Below, piece after piece: positions 27,346 to 36,144 of a DNA stretch of 64,000 nucleotides. Each line of letters opens with the position of its first letter. The first letter of the stretch is position 1. The position numbers and the translations under genes are program-made. The notes beneath the pieces are model-generated. The model saw only the letters and a program-made list of their open reading frames with translations. It had not been told where the DNA came from and searched no databases. Source of the stretch: Candidatus Omnitrophota bacterium (GTDB lineage: Bacteria > Omnitrophota > Gorgyraeia > Gygaellales > Profunditerraquicolaceae); NCBI GenBank assembly GCA_042577285.1, contig JBHPDM010000002.1, forward strand, positions 6,917 to 70,916, read 5' to 3'.

Positions 27346-28334
27346 CAGCCGGGGATAAGCTTATTTGCCTTTAGGACCTTGAGTATACGGCTGGCTGCCA
27401 CACCAAGCGCAGAAGCGTTCTTATGGCTTTCGCCGGCGATATAATCAATTGATACATCCTGCGGCCCCATCCCTAAACGATCAAACTCATCTATCAGGTC
27501 AATAAAGATTATTCTTTTAGATTCTATGCTCTTTATGAGCTTATGCAGCGGCCGATAAGGGTAATTCTCCTTAAAATCTTTCACCCTAAGCCCGGATTCG
27601 CTGAATATGACTACGACTAGCTTTCCTCCGAGGCTAGCGGCGATATCGGCGGTCTCAAGTATCGCGCTCCTTACCGGCCCAAAGAACTTCTCCTGATGCA
27701 GATAGTAAAGATTATCCAGCTCTGTACCCACGCCCAGGCGCTTCCTCTCTCTCCTGATCGATGCCTTCTTAATGCGGTAGGTAAAATATCGCACCAGGGC
27801 GCTGTGACGCATAAGCAAGGTCTTATTGAAATAATACTCGCCGGGCTCCGGATCATTAAAGACATAGTTCAAGATCAAGAGATCCGGTGAATACTTTAGG
27901 CCCTTGTCTTTAAGCTGCTCCAGTTCCTGGAAGGTGTTGTAGCCCTCTACGCCGAAATTGAGCACCTGGTAATCCCAAGCGCCGGGCTGTTGATCTAATA
28001 ACGCTTCAAGCTGCCCGGCGAGGGAATCTTTCTCTTTGAGCTTCAGGGAGAGGGTTTCGGAATCCCCCAGCATGATGATGCGGAAAGTTCCGGCGGGTTT
28101 CTCTATTCGGTATTCCTGGCCCCGGAAGCCGTCAGAGTTTACAGATACAACTCCCAACTCTGTATCCGGCACCAATTCATAACGAAGGTAGGGATTTGCG
28201 CTTCTTTGATAAATCGGCCGTTCGACCCAGCCTGACATCCTCCAGGCAAGGCGCATAACCGCTTCGGCAATACCCAGCACAAGGCAGACCGATAGAGCCG
28301 AGATCAAAATATTAGTAACGGAGCGTTTTTGCAA
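27345..28334 (-). CDS. Membrane-anchored SGNH/GDSL-like hydrolase
   Basis: N-terminal TM segment, with IIMLGDSETLS as a block-I-like motif. Confidence 0.5.
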   Translation of the reverse strand: MQKRSVTNILISALSVCLVLGIAEAVMRLAWRMSGWVERPIYQRSANPYLRYELVPDTELGVVSVNSDGFRGQEYRIEKPAGTFRIIMLGDSETLSLKLKEKDSLAGQLEALLDQQPGAWDYQVLNFGVEGYNTFQELEQLKDKGLKYSPDLLILNYVFNDPEPGEYYFNKTLLMRHSALVRYFTYRIKKASIRRERKRLGVGTELDNLYYLHQEKFFGPVRSAILETADIAASLGGKLVVVIFSESGLRVKDFKENYPYRPLHKLIKSIESKRIIFIDLIDEFDRLGMGPQDVSIDYIAGESHKNASALGVAASRILKVLKANKLIPG

Positions 28335-28338
28335 AAAA

Positions 28339-28662
28339 TCAGCTGTTTTTCTGCGCTATATCTCCGACGATCGGAAGCTTGAACTTCTCGCCCTGGTAGG
28401 CCTTGATCATCAAAAGCACCCAGAGGATCAGCCCTATGATCCCCATAAATGGGGCCAGGAACCATCCGACTACCGGAATGATCACGATGACATTCAAAGC
28501 TGCAAATACCACGATCGACTGCAGAGCATGAAAACGCACGAACTTATTATCCTTTTCGAGCAGATAAAATATCAGCCCGGTGATCCATCCCCCCAGGTAA
28601 CATAATAGCCCGGCCACATTGGCCTGGAGCCCTGAGGAGGTCTTGCCTAGATCTTTTGCCAT
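28339..28662 (-). CDS. DUF4870-like small membrane protein
   Basis: Motifs ANVAGLLCYLGGWITGLIFYLLEKDNKFVRFHALQS. An AGGAGG RBS precedes it. Confidence 0.6.
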   Translation of the reverse strand: MAKDLGKTSSGLQANVAGLLCYLGGWITGLIFYLLEKDNKFVRFHALQSIVVFAALNVIVIIPVVGWFLAPFMGIIGLILWVLLMIKAYQGEKFKLPIVGDIAQKNS

Positions 28663-28681
28663 CTTGGCCTCCTTTTAATGA

Positions 28682-28792
28682 GCACATAACTTACGAGCAC
28701 GACAGTGCGAGTAAGTTATTGTGCGAATTAACACCGACAGCTGCAAGTAGATTTCGTAAGAAATCTACGCAGCGTATAGCTGACGGTGTTAA
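28682..28792. other. Two adjacent long hairpins (43 nt and 65 nt) that fill the intergenic region
   Basis: Hairpin A: 28682-28694 pairs with 28711-28724, with an internal tandem GA/GA and inner GCAC-GACA-GTGC. Hairpin B: 28728-28742 pairs with 28778-28792, with inner GTAGATTTC-GTAA-GAAATCTAC. Confidence 0.7.
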
Positions 28793-28806
28793 TAGGTCCT
28801 TCCTTA

Positions 28807-29007
28807 TCACCAAAGATTCTCCCTGATCCATCCGTCGGTATTCTCGACCAGCTTTACTATACCGCGCGAGCCGTGCTTGACGCCCTGCGCGGCAACCTCT
28901 ACGCCCTTAGAAAAATCCTCACTCATCCCTCTTAGGGTCGCGCAGCCTGTTATCAGAGACGCGCTCAATAATACAAAAAGGATTATGCATCTTCTCTTGA
29001 GACTCAT
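28807..29007 (-). CDS. Small lipoprotein (66 aa)
   Basis: Lipobox LITGC. Confidence 0.55.
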   Translation of the reverse strand: MSLKRRCIILFVLLSASLITGCATLRGMSEDFSKGVEVAAQGVKHGSRGIVKLVENTDGWIRENLW

Positions 29008-30308
29008 TATTTCCCTCCTCCGACGAATTTCGCTAAACGCTCTCTGGTCCTGTCTCTGCCCAGATGATATATGAGATCAAATAATCCCGGGCCGACGGTT
29101 TTTCCGGTAAGCGCCACCCTGATCGGGTGGATCAACGCCTTGGAGGGGATATTCAGTTCTTTGATCATCTCCCTGAAGGAGCTTTCGATAGTATCAACCT
29201 CAAACTTATCCAGGTTTTCCAGGCGCTCGATGAAAAGCTTAAATTCCCGTGAGAGATCTCCAGATAGATGTTTGGCACGCGCCTCGGGATCCATGCGTAC
29301 CTCCTTGAGAAAGAAGAAATCAGCCCAATCCGGAAAATCCGATAACTTAGACAACCTGCCCTGAAATAGCTTTACCAGAGAAACGAGCTCTTTACGGTTA
29401 AAATCATCCTTTTTGATATAGCCCTTCTCGATCAATAAGGGGATTAGCTCGTCTGTTAAATCCGAGGTATCCGCCTTCTTCAAGTACTGGTTATTCATCC
29501 AGTTAAGCTTATCCAGGTCAAATGCAGCAGAGGTCTTATTCACATTCTTAAGGTCAAATAACTCAACCGCCTCCCGGAGGCCGATGATCTCCCGGTTGCC
29601 ACCCGGAGACCAACTTAAAAGCAGAAGATAGTTGACCAGGGCCTGCGGCAGGTAACCGGCCAAACGATACTCGCTGATCGCGGTAGCCCCTGTCCGCTTA
29701 GAGAGCCTTCCTCCGTCTTTGCCTAATATGAGAGGCAGGTGCGCGAATTCCGGGACGGCCAACTTCAACGCTTCATAGAGCAGGACCTGTTTTGGGGTAT
29801 TGGATATATGGTCATCTCCTCTAAGCACCTGGGTGATCTTCATTTCCGCATCGTCTATAACACAGGCAAAATTGTAGGTGGGAGTCCCGTCTGATTTGAT
29901 CAGCACCTGGTCCTTGATCACCCCGGTATCAAATTCAATATCGCCGCGGATCAGATCCTTTACCTTGAGTTGCTTTTTAGGCACCTTAAAGATGACCGCC
30001 TCGGCGCCACTCTCTGATTTTTCTGTATAGGCCCCGCCTTCCTTTAACAGCTTCTGGGCCTGGTCCCGGTAAAGATCAAACCTTTTGCTTTGATAAAAGA
30101 CTTCATCCCAATCAAGCCCCAGCCATTTAAGGCTATCCAGTATCTCGTCAAGATATTCCTTCTTTGAGCGTGCCTGGTCCGTATCTTCTATTCTAAGAAT
30201 AAACTCTGCGCCCTTTGACTTGGCATAAAGCCAGTTAAACAGCGCTGTGCGCGCGCCGCCGATGTGCAGGCTTCCGGTCGGCGAAGGAGCAAAACGAACC
30301 CTAGTCAT
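29007..30308 (-). CDS. gltX: Glutamate--tRNA ligase
   Basis: Motifs RFAPSPTGSLHIGGART (HIGH) and LSKR (KMSKS-like). Confidence 0.9.
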   Translation of the reverse strand: MTRVRFAPSPTGSLHIGGARTALFNWLYAKSKGAEFILRIEDTDQARSKKEYLDEILDSLKWLGLDWDEVFYQSKRFDLYRDQAQKLLKEGGAYTEKSESGAEAVIFKVPKKQLKVKDLIRGDIEFDTGVIKDQVLIKSDGTPTYNFACVIDDAEMKITQVLRGDDHISNTPKQVLLYEALKLAVPEFAHLPLILGKDGGRLSKRTGATAISEYRLAGYLPQALVNYLLLLSWSPGGNREIIGLREAVELFDLKNVNKTSAAFDLDKLNWMNNQYLKKADTSDLTDELIPLLIEKGYIKKDDFNRKELVSLVKLFQGRLSKLSDFPDWADFFFLKEVRMDPEARAKHLSGDLSREFKLFIERLENLDKFEVDTIESSFREMIKELNIPSKALIHPIRVALTGKTVGPGLFDLIYHLGRDRTRERLAKFVGGGK

Positions 30309-30829
30309 ATGACTTTATTCCCCTCCTCGATCGCCCTCTTATTGATCCCGATCAGTTCTTTTTTCGGAGCCATAGCCTCAAAGACCTCAAAGACCGTCTC
30401 GGTCTTTACCAGCTGTTTACGCGCCAGATACGCCCCTACTGCGACCATGTTGGCGACTTTGATGTTGCCTAACTTAGAAGCGATATCGGTAAAAGGCGCT
30501 TGCACGATAGCGGGCTCTTTATCCGCGCAATCTGCGACTAAAGAGCTGTTGATCACGATCAGGCCGTTGTCTTTTAATCTTCCTTTAAACCGCTGCAGCG
30601 AAGGCTGATTCATAATGATCAGGGAATCTGCCTTCTCGATATACGGCGAGCTGATCTTGGTGTCGGAGACGATGACCATACAGTGGGCAGTTCCGCCGCG
30701 CACTTCAGCCCCGTAAGAAGGAAACCAGGTCACGAATTTGTCTTCCCTCATCGCTGCATCGGCCAGGACTTTACCCAAGAGCATGATCCCCTGTCCGCCG
30801 GCGCCGGCGGCAATGATTGTCTCCCGCAT
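30305..30829 (-). CDS. 2-oxoacid:ferredoxin oxidoreductase gamma subunit
   Basis: Motif AGAGGQGIMLLGKVLA. Operon context supports the call. Confidence 0.8.
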   Translation of the reverse strand: MRETIIAAGAGGQGIMLLGKVLADAAMREDKFVTWFPSYGAEVRGGTAHCMVIVSDTKISSPYIEKADSLIIMNQPSLQRFKGRLKDNGLIVINSSLVADCADKEPAIVQAPFTDIASKLGNIKVANMVAVGAYLARKQLVKTETVFEVFEAMAPKKELIGINKRAIEEGNKVI

Positions 30830-31558
30830 CTATTTTAGCCTCCCCAACGGAAATTCCTTAGACATTATATCCTTTATCCAATCATTCGCCTGAAGCGGCG
30901 ATTTACCCCAATAAGTCGGGCAGGCAGAAAGCACCTCCACCAGAGAGAATCCTACGCCATCGACCTGGTTCTTAAAAGCCTGCTTCACCGCTTGTCTGGC
31001 CTTTCTGATCTCCTGCGGAGAATGCAGGGATACCCGCTCCACGTATTTTACTGCCGGCAACTGCGCTAACATCTCAGATATCTTTAAGGGCGGGCCCGCA
31101 GAAGCCATCTCCCTGCCCTTAGGGCTGGTGGCAGTCTTCTGCCCTAGCAGGGTAGTGGGAGCCATCTGCCCGCCGGTCATGCCGTAAATAGCGTTGTTAA
31201 TGAATATAGCGGTCAAGTTTTCTCCCCGGTTAGCTGCATGGATCGTCTCGCTCGTGCCGATCGCTGCCAGGTCTCCATCGCCCTGATAGGTAAAGATTAT
31301 TCCTTCCGGCCTGACCCTCTTCATACCGGTTGCAACCGCCAGCGCCCTTCCGTGCGCTGCCTCAGAGCAATCAAAATCCCAGTAATCATATGCGATCACA
31401 GCGCATCCAACCGGAGCGATGGCAATCGTCTTCTCCCTGATGCCCAGCTCATCCACTACTTCAGCGATGATCCGGTGCGCAGTGCCGTGTCCGCACCCTG
31501 CGCAGTAGTGGGTCGCAATATCCCTTAGCGATCTTGGACGGCTGAATATCTTCTCCAT
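30830..31558 (-). CDS. 2-oxoacid:ferredoxin oxidoreductase beta (TPP-binding) subunit
   Basis: Motifs YCAGCGHG and GDGD...NN.IYGMTGGQ. Confidence 0.85.
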   Translation of the reverse strand: MEKIFSRPRSLRDIATHYCAGCGHGTAHRIIAEVVDELGIREKTIAIAPVGCAVIAYDYWDFDCSEAAHGRALAVATGMKRVRPEGIIFTYQGDGDLAAIGTSETIHAANRGENLTAIFINNAIYGMTGGQMAPTTLLGQKTATSPKGREMASAGPPLKISEMLAQLPAVKYVERVSLHSPQEIRKARQAVKQAFKNQVDGVGFSLVEVLSACPTYWGKSPLQANDWIKDIMSKEFPLGRLK

Positions 31559-32608
31559 CTAAAGAGACTCGACTTTCTTTAGGATCTGGCCCCCATTCGG
31601 GATACCGCCTCCGGCTCTTCCTAAAAACTCTACGGGAAATCTGCCGTCTAGCGCCAGCCTTACATCCTCGACCATCTGGCCGCAGGACATCTCGACAACT
31701 AAAAATTTTAGCTTCTTTTTCCCGGCAGCGAGTTTCCGGAACTCCCCCTCAGGAAACGGCCAGAGAGTGACTGGCCGGATCAGGCCTATTCTTTTACCCT
31801 TCTTCCTGAGATCGTTCACTACCCCTTCAGAGATCCTGGCCATTGCGCCATATGCTACAATAATGATCTCGGCATCCTGCAAAAACGCTGTTTCGGCACG
31901 CTGCTGGCTATTCTGAATCGTCTTATATTTCTCCTGCAGCTTAAGATTGAGATCTTCCAGGGCGCCATCTTTAAGATAAAGCGACCTGATAATATTAGCA
32001 TTTCTGCCCTTGCATCCGGTAAGCGCCCATGGTTTAGCCAAAGGCTTTGGCTTATATTCCTTAAGCTCCAGGGGTTCCATCATCTGCCCTAACATCCCGT
32101 CGCCCAGGATGATCACCGGACTGCGATACTTATCCGCCAGATCAAAGGCGAGCGGCATAAAATCATACGCCTCCTGCACGCAGGCAGGGGCCAGCACGAT
32201 CGTACGATAATCACCATGCCCGCCGCCGCGGGTAGCCTGGAAGTAATCAGCTTGAGAAGGAGATATATTGCCCAGGCCGGGCCCTCCGCGCATTATATTG
32301 ACGATCACGCAGGGTAATTCTGTTCCGGCCATATAGGAGATACCCTCCTGCTTCAGGCTGATCCCCGGGCTGGAAGATGAGGTCATTGCCCGCGCACCGG
32401 CTGCGGCAGCGCCGAAGACCATATTGATCGCGGCTAATTCCGATTCAGCCTGGATGAATACCCGGCCGGCTTTCGGCATATGTTTAGCCATATAGGCGAT
32501 CAGCTCATTCTGAGGAGTGATCGGATATCCGGCATAGAGATCGCAGCCGGCCTGGATCGCCCCCTCGGCGATCGCCTCATTCCCGCTGATCAATATTTTT
32601 TTTAACAT
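31559..32608 (-). CDS. 2-oxoacid:ferredoxin oxidoreductase alpha subunit
   Basis: Motifs GNEAIAEGAIQAGC..YAGYPITP. Confidence 0.85.
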   Translation of the reverse strand: MLKKILISGNEAIAEGAIQAGCDLYAGYPITPQNELIAYMAKHMPKAGRVFIQAESELAAINMVFGAAAAGARAMTSSSSPGISLKQEGISYMAGTELPCVIVNIMRGGPGLGNISPSQADYFQATRGGGHGDYRTIVLAPACVQEAYDFMPLAFDLADKYRSPVIILGDGMLGQMMEPLELKEYKPKPLAKPWALTGCKGRNANIIRSLYLKDGALEDLNLKLQEKYKTIQNSQQRAETAFLQDAEIIIVAYGAMARISEGVVNDLRKKGKRIGLIRPVTLWPFPEGEFRKLAAGKKKLKFLVVEMSCGQMVEDVRLALDGRFPVEFLGRAGGGIPNGGQILKKVESL

Positions 32609-32609
32609 C

Positions 32610-32813
32610 TTATTTATAGACCTCTATACAACAATCCGGACAGATCAGGGCACAGATCATGCAGCCCGTACACTCCTGTGGCCCATTGAATTCAACGGCA
32701 TTAACGCCGAGCTTATTCAGCTCCTTGCATTTTCCGATCAAGCCCTTAGGGCAAAAACTGACGCAAAGCAGGCACCCCTTACATTTATCTTTATCAACGG
32801 TTATCTTTGGCAT
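32610..32813 (-). CDS. 2-oxoacid:ferredoxin oxidoreductase delta subunit (2x[4Fe-4S] ferredoxin)
   Basis: Motifs CKGCLLCVSFCP and CTGCMICALICP. Confidence 0.85.
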   Translation of the reverse strand: MPKITVDKDKCKGCLLCVSFCPKGLIGKCKELNKLGVNAVEFNGPQECTGCMICALICPDCCIEVYK

Positions 32814-34657
32814 AGAGATTTTACTTTAGCAGCTATACCTGAAGCGTCCAGGCCAAACTTCTCCAATAAGATTTCTCGCTTACCAAAGGGGATAAATTCG
32901 TCAGGGATCCCGATACTGGCTACCGGCTTGCCGATCGATTCACTGACGGCGCTGCCGAATCCGCCGCACAAAACGCCCTCCTCTACGGTAATAATATATT
33001 TTACCTCATCAGCCAGCCTTTTCAATAGATCAGTATCCAGGGGTTTTGCAAAGCGCGCATTGATCACCGCCCCTGAGAGGCCGTCCTTGCGCAGGCGCCT
33101 CGCCGCTTCAATCGATGGAGCTACCATACTCCCCAGAGCGATGATCGCAAAATCACGCCCCTCCTCTAAAACCTGGGCCCTGCCTAATTTCAACTTTGCG
33201 CATGGTATCTCCTGCTCAGGAGAGGCGGCTTTTGGATAGCGCAGTAACGCAGGCTTCCCCAGCTCAATGGCAAACTCCAGCATCGCCCCTAATTCCGCAG
33301 CAGCAGCCGGCGCCATGATCACCAGATTCGGCAACCCCCGCAAATAAGCGATATCAAAAACCCCGTTATGCGTAGGCCCGTCCGGCCCGACGATTCCGGA
33401 GCGGTCAAGCGCCAGAGTAACCGGCAGGTCCTGTAAGGCGACCTCCTCAAAGACCTGATCATAGGCCCTCTGCAAGAATGTTGAGTATATAGCTACTACT
33501 GGTTTTAGCCCCGCCTTGGCCAGGCCTGCGGCAAAACACACTGCATGCTGCTCGGCAATGCCTACATCAAAAAATCTATTCGGGTAGGCGTCGCGGAACT
33601 TATCTAATCCGGTACCCTCCGGCATGGCAGCAGTGACCGTGATCACCCGCTTATCCCGGCCCCCTAACTCCACCAGCTTCTCCGAAAATGCCCGGGTAAA
33701 AGTCTTAGGACCTATAGCCCCTTTAGCCTGCGGCCTGCCGGTTGCTACGTCGAATGGAGCGGCGCTGTGGAACCTGACCGGTTCATCCTCTGCCGGTTTA
33801 TAGCCCTTACCCTTTTTAGTGACTAGATGAAGCAATAAAGGGCCCTTGATATTAAGGATGTTCTTAAGCGTCGGAACCAGGACTTCAAAATTGTGCCCGT
33901 CTAAAGGGCCGAAATAACGGAAGCCTAGCTCCTCAAAGAACATCCCCGGAACAAATAATCCCTTGAGCCCCTCTTCAAACCTGTTGGCGAGCTTTATCAG
34001 CTTGCTTTCTTTGGGCAGGCGCGACTTGACGAAATTATCCAGAGACCCCCGGAAACGGTTGTATATAGGTAAAGAGATGATCTTATTTATATAGGTGCTC
34101 AGTGCCCCGGCATTGGCAGCGATACTCAACTCATTAGTATTTAGGACCACCAGAAGGTCTTTTTTGACGTGCCCGGCATTATTCAGGCCCTCAAAACATA
34201 AACCCCCGCTTAAAGAACCATCCCCGACCACTGCCACGACTTTATAGTCCTGCTTCCCGGGTAGATAATCTCTGGCGCAGGCAAGGCCGACTGCCAGTGA
34301 TACCGCGGTAGAACTGTGGCCGGAGGTAAAGATATCATAAACCGACTCGTCCTTATTTGGAAAGCCGCTTAAACCCTGATATTGCCTAAGCCCTGAGAAC
34401 TCCCTACTCCTTCCGGTTAAGATCTTATGGGCGTAGGCCTGATGCCCGACATCAAAGAGGATCTTGTCTTGCGGCGCGTCTAAACAGTAATGCAAGGCAA
34501 GGATCAACTCCACTGCGCCCAGGCTTGAGGCGAGGTGGCCGCCGGTATCCGAGACTACCTCGATAATGCGCTGGCGTAACTCCGCGGCAAGCGCAGGCAA
34601 CTCGTCCAGCTTAAGCCTCTTTAGGTCCTGCGGCTCTTTAATCCTCTCTAACAACAT
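32801..34657 (-). CDS. dxs: 1-deoxy-D-xylulose-5-phosphate synthase
   Basis: Motifs GGHLASSLG, DVGHQAY and GDGSLSGG. Confidence 0.9.
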   Translation of the reverse strand: MLLERIKEPQDLKRLKLDELPALAAELRQRIIEVVSDTGGHLASSLGAVELILALHYCLDAPQDKILFDVGHQAYAHKILTGRSREFSGLRQYQGLSGFPNKDESVYDIFTSGHSSTAVSLAVGLACARDYLPGKQDYKVVAVVGDGSLSGGLCFEGLNNAGHVKKDLLVVLNTNELSIAANAGALSTYINKIISLPIYNRFRGSLDNFVKSRLPKESKLIKLANRFEEGLKGLFVPGMFFEELGFRYFGPLDGHNFEVLVPTLKNILNIKGPLLLHLVTKKGKGYKPAEDEPVRFHSAAPFDVATGRPQAKGAIGPKTFTRAFSEKLVELGGRDKRVITVTAAMPEGTGLDKFRDAYPNRFFDVGIAEQHAVCFAAGLAKAGLKPVVAIYSTFLQRAYDQVFEEVALQDLPVTLALDRSGIVGPDGPTHNGVFDIAYLRGLPNLVIMAPAAAAELGAMLEFAIELGKPALLRYPKAASPEQEIPCAKLKLGRAQVLEEGRDFAIIALGSMVAPSIEAARRLRKDGLSGAVINARFAKPLDTDLLKRLADEVKYIITVEEGVLCGGFGSAVSESIGKPVASIGIPDEFIPFGKREILLEKFGLDASGIAAKVKSLCQR

Positions 34658-34894
34658 CTACCCCCCGGCATCCTTACCCTCAAGCGGCTTTAAACCGAGC
34701 TGTCCCTTTTTATCCTTGATCAATATGTCGATCTTCTTCTTGGCATTATCCAGTCTCTGCGAACAGCTGCGCGAGAGCTCGATTCCATCCTGATACTTCT
34801 TCAGCGCCTGATCCAGAGAAAGGTCACCCTTCTCCAGATCCTCGACTATCTTCTCTAACTTCTTTAAAGACTCCTCGAATTTTAATTCTGCCAT
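34658..34894 (-). CDS. xseB: Exodeoxyribonuclease VII small subunit
   Basis: Starts FEESLKKLEKIVEDLE.GDLSLD. It lies adjacent to xseA. Confidence 0.85.
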   Translation of the reverse strand: MAELKFEESLKKLEKIVEDLEKGDLSLDQALKKYQDGIELSRSCSQRLDNAKKKIDILIKDKKGQLGLKPLEGKDAGG

Positions 34895-36144
34895 TTTAAT
34901 CCTCCCTTAAAATTATCTTTTTGCTGCACTGCCGTAACTCTACTTAAAAATTCACCCCTGTGGAGCCTGGTCTTAACCGTATCACCCCTCTTTAATAAAC
35001 TGGTATCTTTAAGCGCAATATCCTTAAGGGGCAAAAAGGTAATGCTGTATCCCCGCGACAAAATATTTAAAGGGCTTAAAGATGCTAATTTTCCCGCGCA
35101 GTTTGCAAGCTGCGTACTCTTAAGCCTGACCAGATGCGAGGCGCGCACGTATATCTGCCTGGCGAGATCTGCAATCTGCCTCTGATGCTGCTGTAGCAAT
35201 AGGGCCGGATTACCTAAATTCAGACGGTGCGTCAGATGAGCCAATCTCTCCTGAAGGCGGCCGGCCAGATCAAGGCAAGAGCGCTTAAGCATCCGGCTTA
35301 AATCGCTAAGCTTTGCCTTTAGCTCCTCTTTTCTGGGGATCACCAGCTCTGCAGCAGCCGAAGGGGTCGGCGCGCGCAGGTCTGATACAAGGTCGGCGAT
35401 CGTCCAATCCCTCTCATGCCCCACGCTTGAGATCACCGGTATCGCGGAATCATAAATCGCGCGGGCAACTACCTCTTCATTAAAAGCCCAGAGGTCCTCT
35501 ATGCTCCCACCGCCCCTGCCGACGATCATCACCTCTATACGCTCTTTAACCGGTAATCCTTGGTTAAGGCGATTCAGGTCATGAATCGCTGAGGCGATCT
35601 CCTCCTTCGCTCCCTCGCCCTGCACCCGGGCCGGAGCGAGGATTACATGGACCTGGGCGAATCTTCGATCCAGGACATTCAGTATATCTTTGAGTGCCGC
35701 GCCGCGCTGGGAAGTCACCACGCCGATCCTGGAGGGAAGATAGGATATCGGCCGTTTATGCTTTAAAGAAAAGAGGCCCTCCTTCTCCAGCCTCTGCTTT
35801 AATTGCTCAAGGGCCAGCTGCAGGCTGCCGATGCCCTTGGGCTCCAACGTCTCTGCATAAAACTGATAATTACCCTGCTTCTCATAGACGCTGATCCTGC
35901 CAGAGAGAATCATCTGCAAGCCCTCTTTCATCTGGAATTTTATGCGTGACGCAGCTGTTGCAAAGATCACGCATTTAAGCAGGCTCTCTTTATCCTTAAG
36001 GCTGAAGAATACCGTACCGCTGGGGATCCTGCTCACCCCCGAGATCTCGCCCTCCACCCAGATATCAGCGAAAGTATTATCAAGGATCAGCTTTATATCC
36101 CGGGTGATCTCTGAGACGGTATAAATATGTTTAGTCCTTTTCAT
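34882..36144 (-). CDS. xseA: Exodeoxyribonuclease VII large subunit
   Basis: OB-fold N-terminus (VWVEGEISG) and motif GRGGGS.EDLW.FNEE. Confidence 0.9.
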   Translation of the reverse strand: MKRTKHIYTVSEITRDIKLILDNTFADIWVEGEISGVSRIPSGTVFFSLKDKESLLKCVIFATAASRIKFQMKEGLQMILSGRISVYEKQGNYQFYAETLEPKGIGSLQLALEQLKQRLEKEGLFSLKHKRPISYLPSRIGVVTSQRGAALKDILNVLDRRFAQVHVILAPARVQGEGAKEEIASAIHDLNRLNQGLPVKERIEVMIVGRGGGSIEDLWAFNEEVVARAIYDSAIPVISSVGHERDWTIADLVSDLRAPTPSAAAELVIPRKEELKAKLSDLSRMLKRSCLDLAGRLQERLAHLTHRLNLGNPALLLQQHQRQIADLARQIYVRASHLVRLKSTQLANCAGKLASLSPLNILSRGYSITFLPLKDIALKDTSLLKRGDTVKTRLHRGEFLSRVTAVQQKDNFKGGLKWQN

